A DNA stretch of 64,000 bases. Source: Microthyrium microscopicum. Its lineage: Eukaryota. The notes beneath the pieces were generated by a model. The model made no database searches. It was not told the DNA's origin and saw only the letters and a list, made by a program, of their open reading frames with translations. Made by a program: the position numbers and the translations under genes. Location of the stretch: NCBI GenBank assembly GCA_010405405.1, contig MU004242.1:1101769-1165768 (forward strand), written 5' to 3'. This document shows positions 39,145-52,113 of the stretch, in pieces. How positions within the stretch are numbered: the stretch's first letter is position 1; each line of letters begins with the position of its first letter.

Positions 39145-41463
39145 ATGGCGGGCCGCATCTCTTCCAACAAAACCGATTCCTCGGTTGATTCACAGGTTCC
39201 TCCGGATCTTCTGCCTTCACAGCGCCTACGCCATCATCACGGCCGAACCTATCAAGTCGTGCGCTACATTCATGGGGAGTCTGATGCAGAAGACGATGAC
39301 TCTCCATGCTAATCTGAAGATGATATCGATGGTTTGGAAGTGTCACCCTCCACCTCCCAGGTTGCAGAGTCCTATCACACAGAATCCACTAACAACGACT
39401 ATGAAAACATCATTCCAATAGTGCCTTATCGGCTATCTTGTGTTCGTAGCCACCAACTCGACTCGGTCAAGCCACATCTCCCTAGTCACGCCCTTCGCAA
39501 TCTGCTGGAATACCTTCCCCTGGCTGGAGTGTGTGAAGAAATCGTTCGCAATGAGGTCGAGGAGGACAAATGGAAGAGCAAGGACAAGTTTCACGTTGTT
39601 CAATGCGCCCTTATGCTCTCCTTCCTGACAGCTATCCACCGTCCCACACTCAATGCGCTCATCGATGGCGATCTGGCATACCAAGTCGTTCACAAAGCCG
39701 ACATCAACGAGCGTGCTCGCAAAATGCGCGACGAAGCGCCCTATCAAATTGCCGGAATATACTACATTGTTCTCGCGGACAAGTGTGGTCTGAGTCCATC
39801 AACAACAGTTCTGATGCAGGTGTACGATCTGCTGCTTCATTACATGGAAGAGACTGAGGATATGGACCCCCAGTATTATGCTGCTTTCGAAGACTTGGAT
39901 AGCTTCAAGCATAGAGGCCTCCCGAAGAAATGGAAATCGAAGTGGCGCAAGCACTTGATGAAGATGTCTGCAGACCCAAATAACCGAGGCCAGCAGAAGT
40001 TCCAGATCAGCTCCACTCGCAAGCGGAAGCTCGAAACTTTCCTGAACAATCTGGACGGCATCCTGCAGCAGATCCCGGAAGCTGACCGCGACAAGCCATT
40101 CCCATACCCACTGCGCGATGTGGGCTTCAGCTCCGATATGCCTCGATGCTACAAGCAGCACGTCACACACCTCAGCACCAACTGGCTGATGGCTCTGCTA
40201 GACGCGGCGATCAACGTGACTGTTCGACGCAACAACGGCTTGGACAACAACGAGATGCCGTATCCCATGATGTACATCGTCTTAGGATTTCTATGGTCAC
40301 CGATCCATGCTTCCCTGGCTGAGTTTTCGCTCACACGTCTCGCTTCAGCCTACAGCGACAAAAGCGGCGTCGGTCTGAACACCCACCCAGCAGGCCGATC
40401 TGTTGGATTCCCACACGACGAGGCCGAGAGCGAAGACGACCGGAACGCGGCATTCGAAGCGGCTGCTGCATTCAGCTATACGAACTGCGCTCTATACGAC
40501 CGCAACGAAAAGGAGGAAAAGGTGAATTTCCCCCGTGTAAAACCACATATCTGACGCACATCCCTTTTCCATCGCTCTCGATGGCTACCACTAGCTGCTC
40601 GGGGGTTATGGGTGCCATCGAATCCGATGGGAGGAACGACGTTTTATGGTTGATCGTACGCTGACCAATTCCAGGCTCGCATCGCTCCAATTCTCGCAGA
40701 CCTCCGCGCCCAAGCTGAGGCCAACGCAAAGATACTAACGGCCCACGAGAACAAGGTGCGCAAAGCCAAAGACAACAAAGAGTATGACGCCGGAATCGAG
40801 CTGCTGGGCCGCGACTCGGATGTGGCACTGGAAGTGCTTTGGGAGCTCAGCCAAATGGTCCACAAGGCAGCTCAACCGGATCGCCATCGCGAATACGATG
40901 ATCCACTCCTGAGTCTGCCGGCCGCTCCTTCTGCATCGTCGCGCGCAATATCTGTTCCTGGTTCAGCAGAACCTTCCATCCAGCACGGCCCGATCACGGG
41001 TACCACGCGTCCTGGCCATCAGGCTACTGCGGCCGGGCCCGTCTACACGACCACTGCGCCGCCATCGACTCACTATACATATGGCGGACACACATCACTT
41101 CGACCAACGGGAAGCGCGACTACCACTCCGGTTGCTGCCACGGGCTCTACTGCACGTGGCCCTGGCTTGTTCTCTACTGGTGGTGTCATTCCTGGTATCG
41201 GGGCTGCTACAACGGGTTTCAATCTCGTGACCTCCAATCCTGCGCGCGGCTCTGGCTTGCTTCCCGATGGTGCTGCTTTGCCATCTGGTCGTGGCTCCGC
41301 TGTGTCTCCTCGTGGTGCTGCTGTCTCCCCGTCTGGGCCTGGCTCTGCGGTATCACCTCGCGGTCGTGGCCGTGGCTCTGGCACCCCTCGTGGACGGGGT
41401 CGCCCTGTCGGATCTGGGCTTGCCCCACTTCACGATGATCCAGACGAGGAGTATGTTCCTTGA
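39145..41463 (+). CDS. Hypothetical protein with GIY-YIG-like motifs and C-terminal AT-hook-like tail; 5' end uncertain (in-frame TAA at 39310)
   Basis: ORFs 39334-40554 and 40756-41463 join in frame via an intron at ~40522-40674. Motifs are GIYY, DVGFS...R..KQH, E...GVGLN and PRGRGRP. Confidence 0.6.
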
Positions 41464-42203
41464 GTAGCTGGTGGGTGGATGTTTGGCAGTGAGAGGCTTG
41501 CAAACGGGGCTCACGTCTGGGGCGCGGCAGCAGAGTGTATGCAATGTTAGGATTGGGGTTCAATGCCCATCTGTTTTGTACCACTGAGTTTATGTATCAA
41601 TTAAAACGAAACCGGAATTGTAAATTCAAGTCTTTTTGATCTGCCACTGTCGGCGCCTGCAATAATTTTACCATGCCTTTAGCCGCATATACATCGGCTT
41701 TCTTGCTTCGCAGGCAACAAAAGAAAGAATCTAATATCGTTCTGGGAAGCCTCCGGATGTGAACAACAGCAGAAATCCAAGACTTGCGCAAGGCCGAAAC
41801 ATATCTCCTAGGTAAGGTTCTGCAGCGCCGCTGGAACTGTAGTGGCCCACCATCGAGTTGTATGGTCCCCATCAACGGCTTCTGTCATGAACACATTCTG
41901 CGAAATTATCCGGTTCGTAATCTCGGCGGTCAAATCCAGCCACCAAACCTCGAATGGACATGTGGTTCTGCTTCATCGCGTCGTACAAGTGAGTCGTCCT
42001 GCGGAGGTGGCCTTTCTCCGGCTTCCTCGCTGGCGCAGCTCTCACGGGCGGACCTATTGCCGGCCGTGGTTTTGGTCTGTCGTTGCATCTCCCACTCCAG
42101 GCGTCTGGTAAAATATGCCGCGATGCTGCAGAAGCTTCAGCAAAAGGAACGATGCTGCCAGACTCCAAAGAGGAGACCTCTGTCCGGTAATGGCAGCAAT
42201 ACT

Positions 42204-42293
42204 CAGACAGCGCCTAAAAATAGGGTTCCAGGCTGGCGTATCTTTGTCCAGACAGCGCCTAAAAATAGGGTTCCAGGCTGGCGTATCTTTGTC
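42204..42293. repeat. Perfect 45-bp tandem duplication
   Basis: CAGACAGCGCCTAAAAATAGGGTTCCAGGCTGGCGTATCTTTGTC at 42204-42248 and 42249-42293. Confidence 0.95.
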
Positions 42294-45200
42294 TTTGACT
42301 TTCGATGCAGGAAAGTAAGCTAACCTCACCAGAGCGCCGAGCGGCTAGAATTGCGGCGTGATGCTGATGGGTACCCTGCTCGGAGGCCGTCTTGGGTGAA
42401 ATTGTGATTGACGAACAGTTGTAGATCAACCCAGAGAGGTGAGGTCTTGTATCTGGGAACTGGCAGATCATAGTGATGTAGTCAGACACATCAAATCAGC
42501 CAAGTGACGCCTTGACTGCAACCAGACTGCCCGAAGCACAAACTCATTGGCATTGATGTTAATCCATGTGATGTTGTTCATAATGCTGGCGAATCTTTTG
42601 GCGAAGAGCTCGTCTGACATCATACAGCTATCTGATAGACACTTTTAAGAAGAGATGGTATCAAGGATTAAACCTTGCCGCTAACAAGCAGTATTTTATG
42701 AAACTTGATATGATTTCGACCACAGATCGCGCGAAGAGTATAGCGCCTGAAGAGCTTAAACAATGCTCTGGCCTGAGTACAGTGGCCGCAGATATTATAA
42801 GTGTAGAAATGGCATCTAACATGCGGCCAGGCTTGCGCAGCTGGCTGGCACAATTAAAGAGCTGAAGGGTACGCCAAAGTACTATTATAATGAGAAGGCG
42901 TTGTAGGTAGTGCTAGCACTACGCGACTATTCTGAATTTGAACTTTGGTGTTCTTGATGCTCGTCAATGTATAGCTGGGCAAGCTTCCTGTTCAATATAA
43001 TTTCATGTCGTTTTCAGCTACTTCCGCATATCGAGAACCCGTACCGGCATTCAAGTGCAGCCACGCGTGCAAATGAGATAGCCTCTTGCGCTTGAGTGAA
43101 TAAAGCGGGAAAGGAAACAAGGGCAGTGCTAATTAAATATTTTTTCAACACAAGATACGACCATCAGTGGACTTTCATATTTGGGCTTTGAACGTGATAT
43201 GATCAACTTGCATCTAATCAAGCAGACAATCAGAGCGTGAAGTAGCGGGTATTGGATGCAGCAAGTAGTAGAAATGCTTAAGACATGATGAATAGTGGAG
43301 AGAAACCTCCTGTATGTGCTGGAAACGTCCTGGCTACTGCGACTGATGGATCCAAAACGACAAGTTCGGCAGGTACTGGAAACACTTTGGCTGTTGCGAC
43401 TGATGCGTCAAAAATAATAAGCTCCGATTAGTGCTAGATATGTTCTAGCTGACTGGCTATTACCGGTGGCGGTGAGAGGCCTCCCAATCCGTCTACGTCT
43501 ATAGCGATGAAACGCATCTCAGTCGACCCTGGGCAAACGGGTCGATTGATGTAGCATCGCCGGTGCGACTATCGGGCCACATACCTGCCGCAAGACAAAA
43601 TATCTTGTTTGGTCTCATGTTACTTCGGCAGAAACCGATGGATAGATTGGTTTAGTTGGCTCACAATATGGCTTCATCAGATTGGCAAAGCGTCGGCTTG
43701 GGGCCAACCGCACTGCTCTTTGCGAGCGCCTCGTTGCGTTGCATAGAGAATGTACAAACGAATCAAGCGCGAATGGGGGAAAGAGCGACGCGCACCAGGG
43801 AAAATCGAACCTGGGTGATATTGCCAACAGATGACTTTCAGCCGCCCATAGTATGAAACGTGTAGAAAGTGACAGTCTCTTGGGGCATGGCGATCTGCTG
43901 AAGACACCAACAGTGCATCACTACTGCTGACTGCTTATCATCATATTCAAGAATGATTCTTACTTTGTACTGAATACCCCGAGCACCTGTAATATCAAGA
44001 TTGCAGTCAAAAGTACACCTCCAAGCATTCTGGTGACTGGAGAACGACCCAAAGAAGACGCCAGTCGTAACATGTGTCGTTGCATCCCTCGCTAGCTCAA
44101 GACGATAGTCGACGGAGCGGTTGAGCCAAAATCAGAATATACTTTGTATGTTAAAAAGTCCGGATTGCCTATTTGTTCAAGGCTCGTTACGCGTCCAAGC
44201 GGCGGCATTCGACAGCACCATAAAAATCCTCAGGTCGTCCAATATCAAACACTCCGTATTCTGCGGATCGCCGGGCCTTACTGCGGTGCACTTTCAGACT
44301 GTATTACGTGCCAGAAGAGACAAGCAGGCCATGTGGCTCTGATCAGTTTATCTTGGGCGGATAAGTAGCTACTGTCTCAAACAAGTTTTGCGCCAGCGCA
44401 GCATCCTGATTGTCATGATTATACGGCGAGTGTGCTGCAAAGAATAAGCGCAAATCCCCTTGGATAAAAATCTGCACAAGAGGGATCTGGCGATGAACGT
44501 AAAGTCATTACTCCCCAAAGTGGATTGGGCACTGGGCATTTGATTCAGCGACCTAGCGATAACTCCTGGTGTAGCATACGACCTCCGCGGCACGACCTAG
44601 CAACAGAAGGGATGCGGTTCACACTATATGTTCTTATACGGCGTAAGCGATTGCAGATATAAGCTTCCATACAAGCAACCATGTACCTGTGCGGTTCGCG
44701 AAATCGTATCGCCAAAGGTTCGTGTAGCCGGATGGTAATGTGACATAGGTTGAAGGTGGAGGATAAAGTCGCTGATTATGCAGAGATCGGGTTTATGGAA
44801 GCGGACGTTACAAGTGACGCAGGAAAAGGGCGGTTCGTTGATCGTATCGATGTCAAGTTCATGTAACTAGGCTTTGAAAGTGAGGCAGCCAGAGGGAAGA
44901 GGGATTATTCGCGGATCGTATCGAGGTCAAGATCATGTCAGCGGAGGTTCCAAGTAGCGCAGACAGAGAGGGGAGAATCTTGAATCATGGACTGAAAGTA
45001 GCCATTGAAAGAATCGTGTTCGATAGATCGAGGTCTGCAAGCTCTTGTCAACATCCCGCCATGCTGCCTGTCAGGTACCTGGAAGACTGAATGCGCTGCA
45101 ATTTAGCATCGTACTGGCTGACCAGAAGTGTTGCGCAGGAAAAGTGAATGTTATTCTTTATCTCCGATTTTTGGTCGAGGCTTGGAGTTGCAAGTTGCCT

Positions 45201-45355
45201 CCCAAGGTTGAACCAAGTGCATGGATTCTATGCGCGCGTATAAACCCAGCCCTAGCGCCTACCGAGATAAGGGGGCGAAAACAAAACAAAGACTCAGGGG
45301 TCAGGGGTCAGTACAGACTGTACAACTGTTCCGCAGAATGTGAACAGCCCTTACT

Positions 45356-45718
45356 GGGGAGCGTTAGCAGTTCTGTTTGGTGCAGGATTTGTGCACAATT
45401 TGGGCAGAGGGCAATTTAAGTCTAAACTATAAGAGGCCTTAGCTCACGCCTCAAAGCGCTTCCTAAAAGTTACAAAATAAGGTAAGGTTAGCTAGTAGAA
45501 ATCTATAAACTAATGGCTCTAGTCTATATTATTGTCTAGCTAAGAGTAGCTAGGCAAAACGGCTACCTGGCACTAAAAGTCTGCCAAAATCCTGCGTTAG
45601 TCGCTTTTGCTAAGCTCTAGCGCCATTTGCAGGATTTTGGCAGATTAACCAGAAGTGGAAGCGATCTGATCCTCTGGAGTTCTCCGAAGGGGCACGATTT
45701 GGGCTGCTAACGCTGCCC
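45356..45718. mobile_element. MITE / non-autonomous TIR element with 3-bp TSD (ACT)
   Basis: Termini GGGGAGCGTTAGCAG and CTGCTAACGCTGCCC are inverted (14/15 match), with ACT on both flanks. There is an internal perfect 16-bp inverted repeat (45580-45595 / 45629-45644) and a TpA-rich interior. Confidence 0.75.
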
Positions 45719-48700
45719 ACTATGGCTCAGAAGTTTTTCCCTAGTGGAATCTGGAGTTTTCACTGTCGCTTCCTAGATAGCCCGCTTTCTATTGCGGGTT
45801 GATCGACTCTGCTGAGACCCCTCTCCTGCCTCTTGCAGTCTTACTTGGCCCAGTGGTCATGGCGTCTTTCCGCCTTTCCATATCTCCAGTCCTGAAGCTA
45901 GAGTAATCACTACTTGGAGTAGAGAAGTATGAGAGGCTCCTCAAGCCGTTAGCAATAAATCACCGAATTGAATTCATCGAGCAGACCGGAGACCGGAACA
46001 TTTTTGCCCCTACCAATACCGCTAGTCGCAGAGCCAGAATCTATACCCCCGGATCTGGCTCCAAGTCATTCAGCGGCATTTGTGTGAGCCATTGCGCTCA
46101 AAACGGGTATGTCAATTATCTTTCTAGTCTGCGAACGGTCTATGCGCCGAGGTAGGCATAAGAATCAAGGCTGTGAGACCATTAGTTTCCGGGTATATTT
46201 GCGGCTTTTCATGGCCTGAATGTGATTTCGAGCTCCTGAGACAATCTTTCTAGGAGCTGGAAGATAACTAGCGCTCTGCCAGTTATCATCAACTCAGAGA
46301 GGCTTGACGCCCACATGGAAGGATGATATTTTAAAAGTCTCAGAGTATATAACTGAGATCGTGAAGATATTGCTAGAGCTTTTCACAACAGTGCTTGGGG
46401 ATCCTTTTCGATCTTTACTAGAAAATTTTAGTTGTCAAGTACTTTCAAGGCCAAAGAGGCAGAGATGAGGGAACCTAGCCTGCGCAGCCCGCTGATGCAG
46501 CTACGAATTGCTCGCGAGCGGGGTGTCATCCCAGACCCCTTTGTGAACCTAGAGCACTTGACATTTTCGTGGTCCGGACCTTGATGAGAACAGTATCATA
46601 TTGCAAAAAAGTTTTCTGATGCCACGGCTTAACATGTTGAACATTGTTGCTTGTACTGTTTGTACATCACATGAGGCGATTGGTATTCCCGAGTTGCTTC
46701 TTGCTGAACAACTGCATGGAAGGAGCAACACCAGATATCTTTACAGGTTCGCTACCTTAAGGACATGTGTTGCTGCCAAATCTCAATATGCTCTTATTTT
46801 ACCATTGGGCTACAAGACAGATATGCATTTTAGCGAGCAATCTAACCGACTTTGTTCACTGATTCTTATACATTGTCTAAAGTGACTGCTTGCACTGCCG
46901 CTTCATTTACGTCCGTAATCTGCATATATGCCCCAGTTGAATTGACTATCAGGGTATTTAAATGCGTGGCGGTATAGACAGTTGGAGGAATTCGTGTGCA
47001 CAAAAGTGCTCGGGGTAGATAAAGTCCGGAGTTTCTGGCAAGCTGGATTCGACGTGTGCCTGGTGCCAGGAAAAGATATGGTAGCCGAGGAAAAGAAAAG
47101 CAAACGCTGGCGATTATTTGGGCAAAACTTGAAACACTAACAAAAAGCGCGCTTAAAACTCCGTCGCATGCTGCGATGTCTGCAGTCAGAATCCAACGCG
47201 AACGCTTGAGACGTGAGGCGTGTTGACCGATAAAGTACTGGCTGCAGACCTGCCATATCAGCTCTTCCTTCTCGCACCGGTTAAGATCGCCAGAACCGTC
47301 ACAGTCTACAAGGAGGAAGAGTATCACACAATCGGGCACAGAGCTATACATGAGTCTGTTGGACAACTTAGTGCCGACTGTTGACCCGACAAACAAAATC
47401 TGAGCGTCGGTCGATGAAAGCTTACAGATGGTGCACTGGGGGATTCAGTAGCTCACTTGTCAACCTATGAATGCCTGTCTTTAGCGAGTTGATATCGTGC
47501 TTGCTTATTAAAGGAAGTACATACAAATGATTGTCCGCCAGGGTCATTAGCAAGCTATGAAAACGATGGCCCTCCGTACACTGACCAGTCCAAGTTGATG
47601 TTTAGTAGAACTTTGGAACTAAACGTAGTCATACTGCATCCTCGGCTCGGGCGCCCATTTTGTTCGAAGGAGCAACAATCAAAACTGATGACTAGGCTGT
47701 AGTAGTAACAGTCAAGAACCGCTGATTGTGGATCGCGATTCCAACCATCAACGCCCACGCAACGAAAGCCTGACCAACATCTATATCCAATTCTTTAGGG
47801 TAGCCTTCTTTACTTTTCGTGCCTTGGTCTACTAACAGCTATTGCATGAAGCATGATGCTTGCAGACACATGGAGCAATCATAGACCATAGTCATCACAG
47901 CTCTCCGTCCTTCAGTCCTGGAGGCAGAGCCTACGCCTTGAGAAACAGACTCAGAGAACGCTTGAGGTGCTTCAGTATCAGTCGCTTGTCACAAAATCCT
48001 TACCGAACGGTCCACTCAAGGTGCGTTCTTCTACGTGGTGGTTTTTTAACGACTTTGTGGCGACTGGAAAAGACTTTTGGGGATTTCAATCGAGCGGCTT
48101 TATGACCAAGGTCGTAGTGAGGAAGTTATGGCGGCAGTAACTAGATTTGAGAGCCATAGACGCTCACCGAAGAACTTGGTTGATCAGCCGTGAGTCCAGA
48201 GTCAATCCAGCAAGTGACATCGCCTGTGTGAATGACTAGTGACAGCTTTTGGGTCGCATGTTTGGAGCTAATATCATCATCAAACGTAAGGTGGATATCG
48301 GTTAGCAAGACCGACTACGAAGAAGATTGTAGCAGCCAGGCACGACTGTAGGCTTATAGCAGTCACAGTGCCTACAGGCTACGAGATTAGTTGCTGCAAA
48401 GCAGCGTACTTTACTCTGAAAGTATACTAAAGATCCATAACCAAATGGCGCATTCGGTAGCTCATCATCACTGATCAGTCGCAGCTTAGGTGTGATAGGC
48501 GAGTTGTTTGACTGGTTGATTAGCGTGGAACAAAGTAAACATTGTCTGCAGGCTCTGCTGCCTTGGTAAGCTTTCTGGTATTACGTTGGGGCCTTCCGTA
48601 GCTGGTGGTCTATCCGGCACGAAATAGACAGTGTTCGAGTTTGCGCAATAAAACCTAACAAGATACCGGAGATCACAAAACAAAGTTCCAACCTGACCGT

Positions 48701-51700
48701 CGGATATCTAGCGTATTCAATATAGCCTGATGTCGGAAAATTGATACCAGGTCGCAATCATAATATAACGCCATCCAATTCGGTTTTTTTTAAAGTCGAC
48801 GAGACTGTGACAAGTGGATTTGCATGTAAGAGAACGGCCTGCTCTGGCTAATGAGCTTGATATATGATTGTTCGGCTGTACAAGCTTCTGACCAGCCATA
48901 CATGCCTCCTCGGTTTTCGAGCGTTGATTGGTGCTCTGTCGGAGTGAAGTGCCTGGAGCACACCAAAAAGATGCTAGGCCACTTGAGCTGAGCCGATGGA
49001 GTTGGCGTTTGTTAGCAATGGTCGTTCAATACACCACGTTACATAGACATTGTAAATCAGGTGAGCTAGTTGGTTCTGTCGCAAACATGTCCCTTTATGA
49101 GCATTGTTATCTGATCGATAATCAAGGCTGAGCAATCAGGCATTGCTCGCCCTGGTGACTGGCGACTGATGCGACTCCATGTCGGTCTGGAGAAAACGAA
49201 AGAGCATGCTAACTTACTCAAAGGAGGGCTATTGTTTCGATATCAATGCAACGTGAAGAGCACGGCGCTACATAGTGCGCAGTATGCTCTCTCCGCGAAG
49301 AGCTTACTGCACTTCATGACAACTTTGAGGGCGACTCACTTAGTCGTAAGTGCTAGAACGTTCGTCTCCACGATAAGTGTCAATCAGGAGTGGAGAGAAC
49401 TTCAACGCTAGATGGTCCTCTCTTCCGACTGGGGCGTCATAGTGCACATTGGGTAACGAGAAAAAATATGGAACGAATGTAAGAGTGTTTTGTCTACTAC
49501 TAGTAGTTAGGTAGGTACTGATAAGGTTGGTAAACGGCTAGGAATTAACTGTCCGTGTTTTGTGGCAGCAACGTCTAACTCGTTAGTCATTTACTGCTAG
49601 GGCGTTTAGACACTGCATTGGAAGGTGTCGCCTTGATTGCAGAGCCCCTGATGAGAATGCGCTGATAGGGTGTTTGTTCATTGAATATCGTTTTCAGCCT
49701 CGCAACTTTTGTTGGCAGAATTCTTATTTGTAGGGAACCTTGACATGGATATGTTGCTTCCTACCCCTGAGCGACGAGACGTCTCTGGCGACGAATCCCA
49801 GCCGTTAGCTTTTGGTCGTCCTTTGTCGGCGCAGAAAATGGTTGTCTTTGATGCAGATTCGCTTTTACGGAGCACAATGGTGGACATCGAAGCCAAGGAG
49901 GTCCGCCACAGGCTCCTGCCATGCGCTGGGAGCGCGATACAAACCCATCCCAACTGCAAAAGAGCAAGCCATAGCTGCATACCCATAGCGTGCAAGATGA
50001 CGAGTGAGTCGTTCACATACCGGAAGCGGCATAATAATCCGTTATTACAGACGATATATGAAGGGACTTTGCTCATGGGAGCACAAGTACCAGTAGAGGG
50101 ATGACCAAAGCTGTGCGTTGCGACGGACGGAAAAGGGTTACAATCGACAAAACTTATACGTACCCGATCCGTAAGATATCAATTGCGGAAACTGCGATGA
50201 GAAAAGGTCAGCGTTCGATGAGCCGTATGAGAGCACTACCACTCGACCACCAACAAAAGCCAGATTTTGACCATGCGGGAACGAAGTGAAAGCATTGACG
50301 CCCAGTGTGAAGAGAACACTGTGAATGGGTAAAGTTAAGCCGATCGACACGCAACAAAAAAGAGCTGAGGCACCAGATACGCCGTGCACGGGGTCGAGAA
50401 GCAAAGCTATATATGTCTGCTACTTGCTAGGATAGAGCAGATCTATGCGCAAGAAGCAGTTGAGATTAACCTTTATACATGTTAGCTATCGTCTGGCTGT
50501 TCGTGATGTTCCAGGTGCAAGGCCTACAGGAAGCAGTAGATATGAAAACCAAAGTTAGTCTTTAATTACTAGCTTTTATACCACAAGGCTGGCACAATTT
50601 CTAGACAGCTAACCACAACGTCGTCTGAGAATACACCATGCCCACCCCCAAAGCATTGCTTGCTCGCGAACGCATCACTAGATGTTATCGGCAGCTGAAA
50701 CACGATGTAGCAATACAAGCGATGACAGTGTTAGTCGTGCTTAGGAGCGATAAGGAACCACCAGGAAGGAAGAAACCTATTACCTGCCAACGTTGCAAGC
50801 TGAAGGTGGAGCAGCAATCTTGTGCAGTCCCCAAGGGAATTTATAACGTTCATAGTCTCTGGCCAACGAGCAAGAAAAAGTCCGGAGGAGAAAGGTGAAA
50901 GCAAAGTCACTGGCTTCGGGTCGCTGCGACGAGGACATATGACAAAACAAGGGGAGCCGGCACACCGCGCCCTGAGCATTTATACTACTCGCTGCGTTCG
51001 AGTTTGGTCGAAGATGTTGTATTAACTTTAGGTTCAAGGTCTCAAAAGCACGCATGTTCGAGATGACGAAAAAAGGTCCAGATGTCGCTACCGGCGCAGC
51101 TTGCCAGTTCAGAACTGGACTTTGAGAAAGCCACTGTTAAGTGAAATGTCCGAGATATCAAGCAACAAAAACCGGTCGAGTCAGTTCCTGTAGTGATTCC
51201 GATCCCAGACTCTGGGTCGTGTTCACTAACATTTTGGTTGTGCAGTAAACCAATAACGCAGCGGGAACAAGGCATTAAGGATCATGTCACAGTCCAAGCT
51301 TCGCTGTGCAGCTTCAGAGCCAAATCAGGAGACTTTTCCGTGTCGATTGCATTAGCGGCAGGCAACTCGGACACGTTAGAGCCTGCCTTTGCGCATATGG
51401 TGAGAGCCACAAAGACATCGGTAGGGGGCACATTAGGCAATGACGAGAACTGTAATGTGAGAGCAGCAGCGAAGGAGGAGAGACGAAATCATCGTACAAG
51501 GCTGCGATGCGGAAAGAGTGATAGCAGAGCCTACAATCAATAGGTAGTTCAAGAAGGCAGAAACATGCCATGTGCTAGCGTAGAGCATATATACATGCGA
51601 AAATCGCTTGAGAGATCACCGCCGCATGTTAATGGGTAGACAAAAGCTAGGACTTGAGAACCGTGTTTTGGGTGCAATGGCGAGATAACAGAGCCTCAGC

Positions 51701-52113
51701 TCCTGGAACATTACTGCCGATACAAATGGTACTAGTAGCCAACGGTGTCGTACTGCACACTGAGGCGGCCACCCCCAGGTAGTTGTAGTGTTTGCGATTG
51801 ACCAGCGCAGACGGCTACCAGAGCAACATTATAATGGTACAGTGTATCATAATCACTTGCTTACAAGTAGGAGTCCAGTCGTAGTAAAGCAGTCGGCCAG
51901 AGAAAGCAATAAGGAAACATTGCGGAGCTACAAGCTCCAGTTAGGGTATTCTTCATCTGGACTGCCCGCCGACAATAAAGCCAGAACAAGAGCCAGAACA
52001 AGGGCTAGATTAATGCAAAGAAGTACTCGGAGAAGGACGAATAAGGTTTTACAAGTAAACATTCATGCCTAGAGAAAAGGAGTTACGAGCAAGATAGTAA
52101 GGGGATAGTACTT

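Noticed and set aside
46866..47396. 176-aa minus-strand ORF
   Set aside because: Non-ATG start and no recognisable domain; cannot be supported as a gene.
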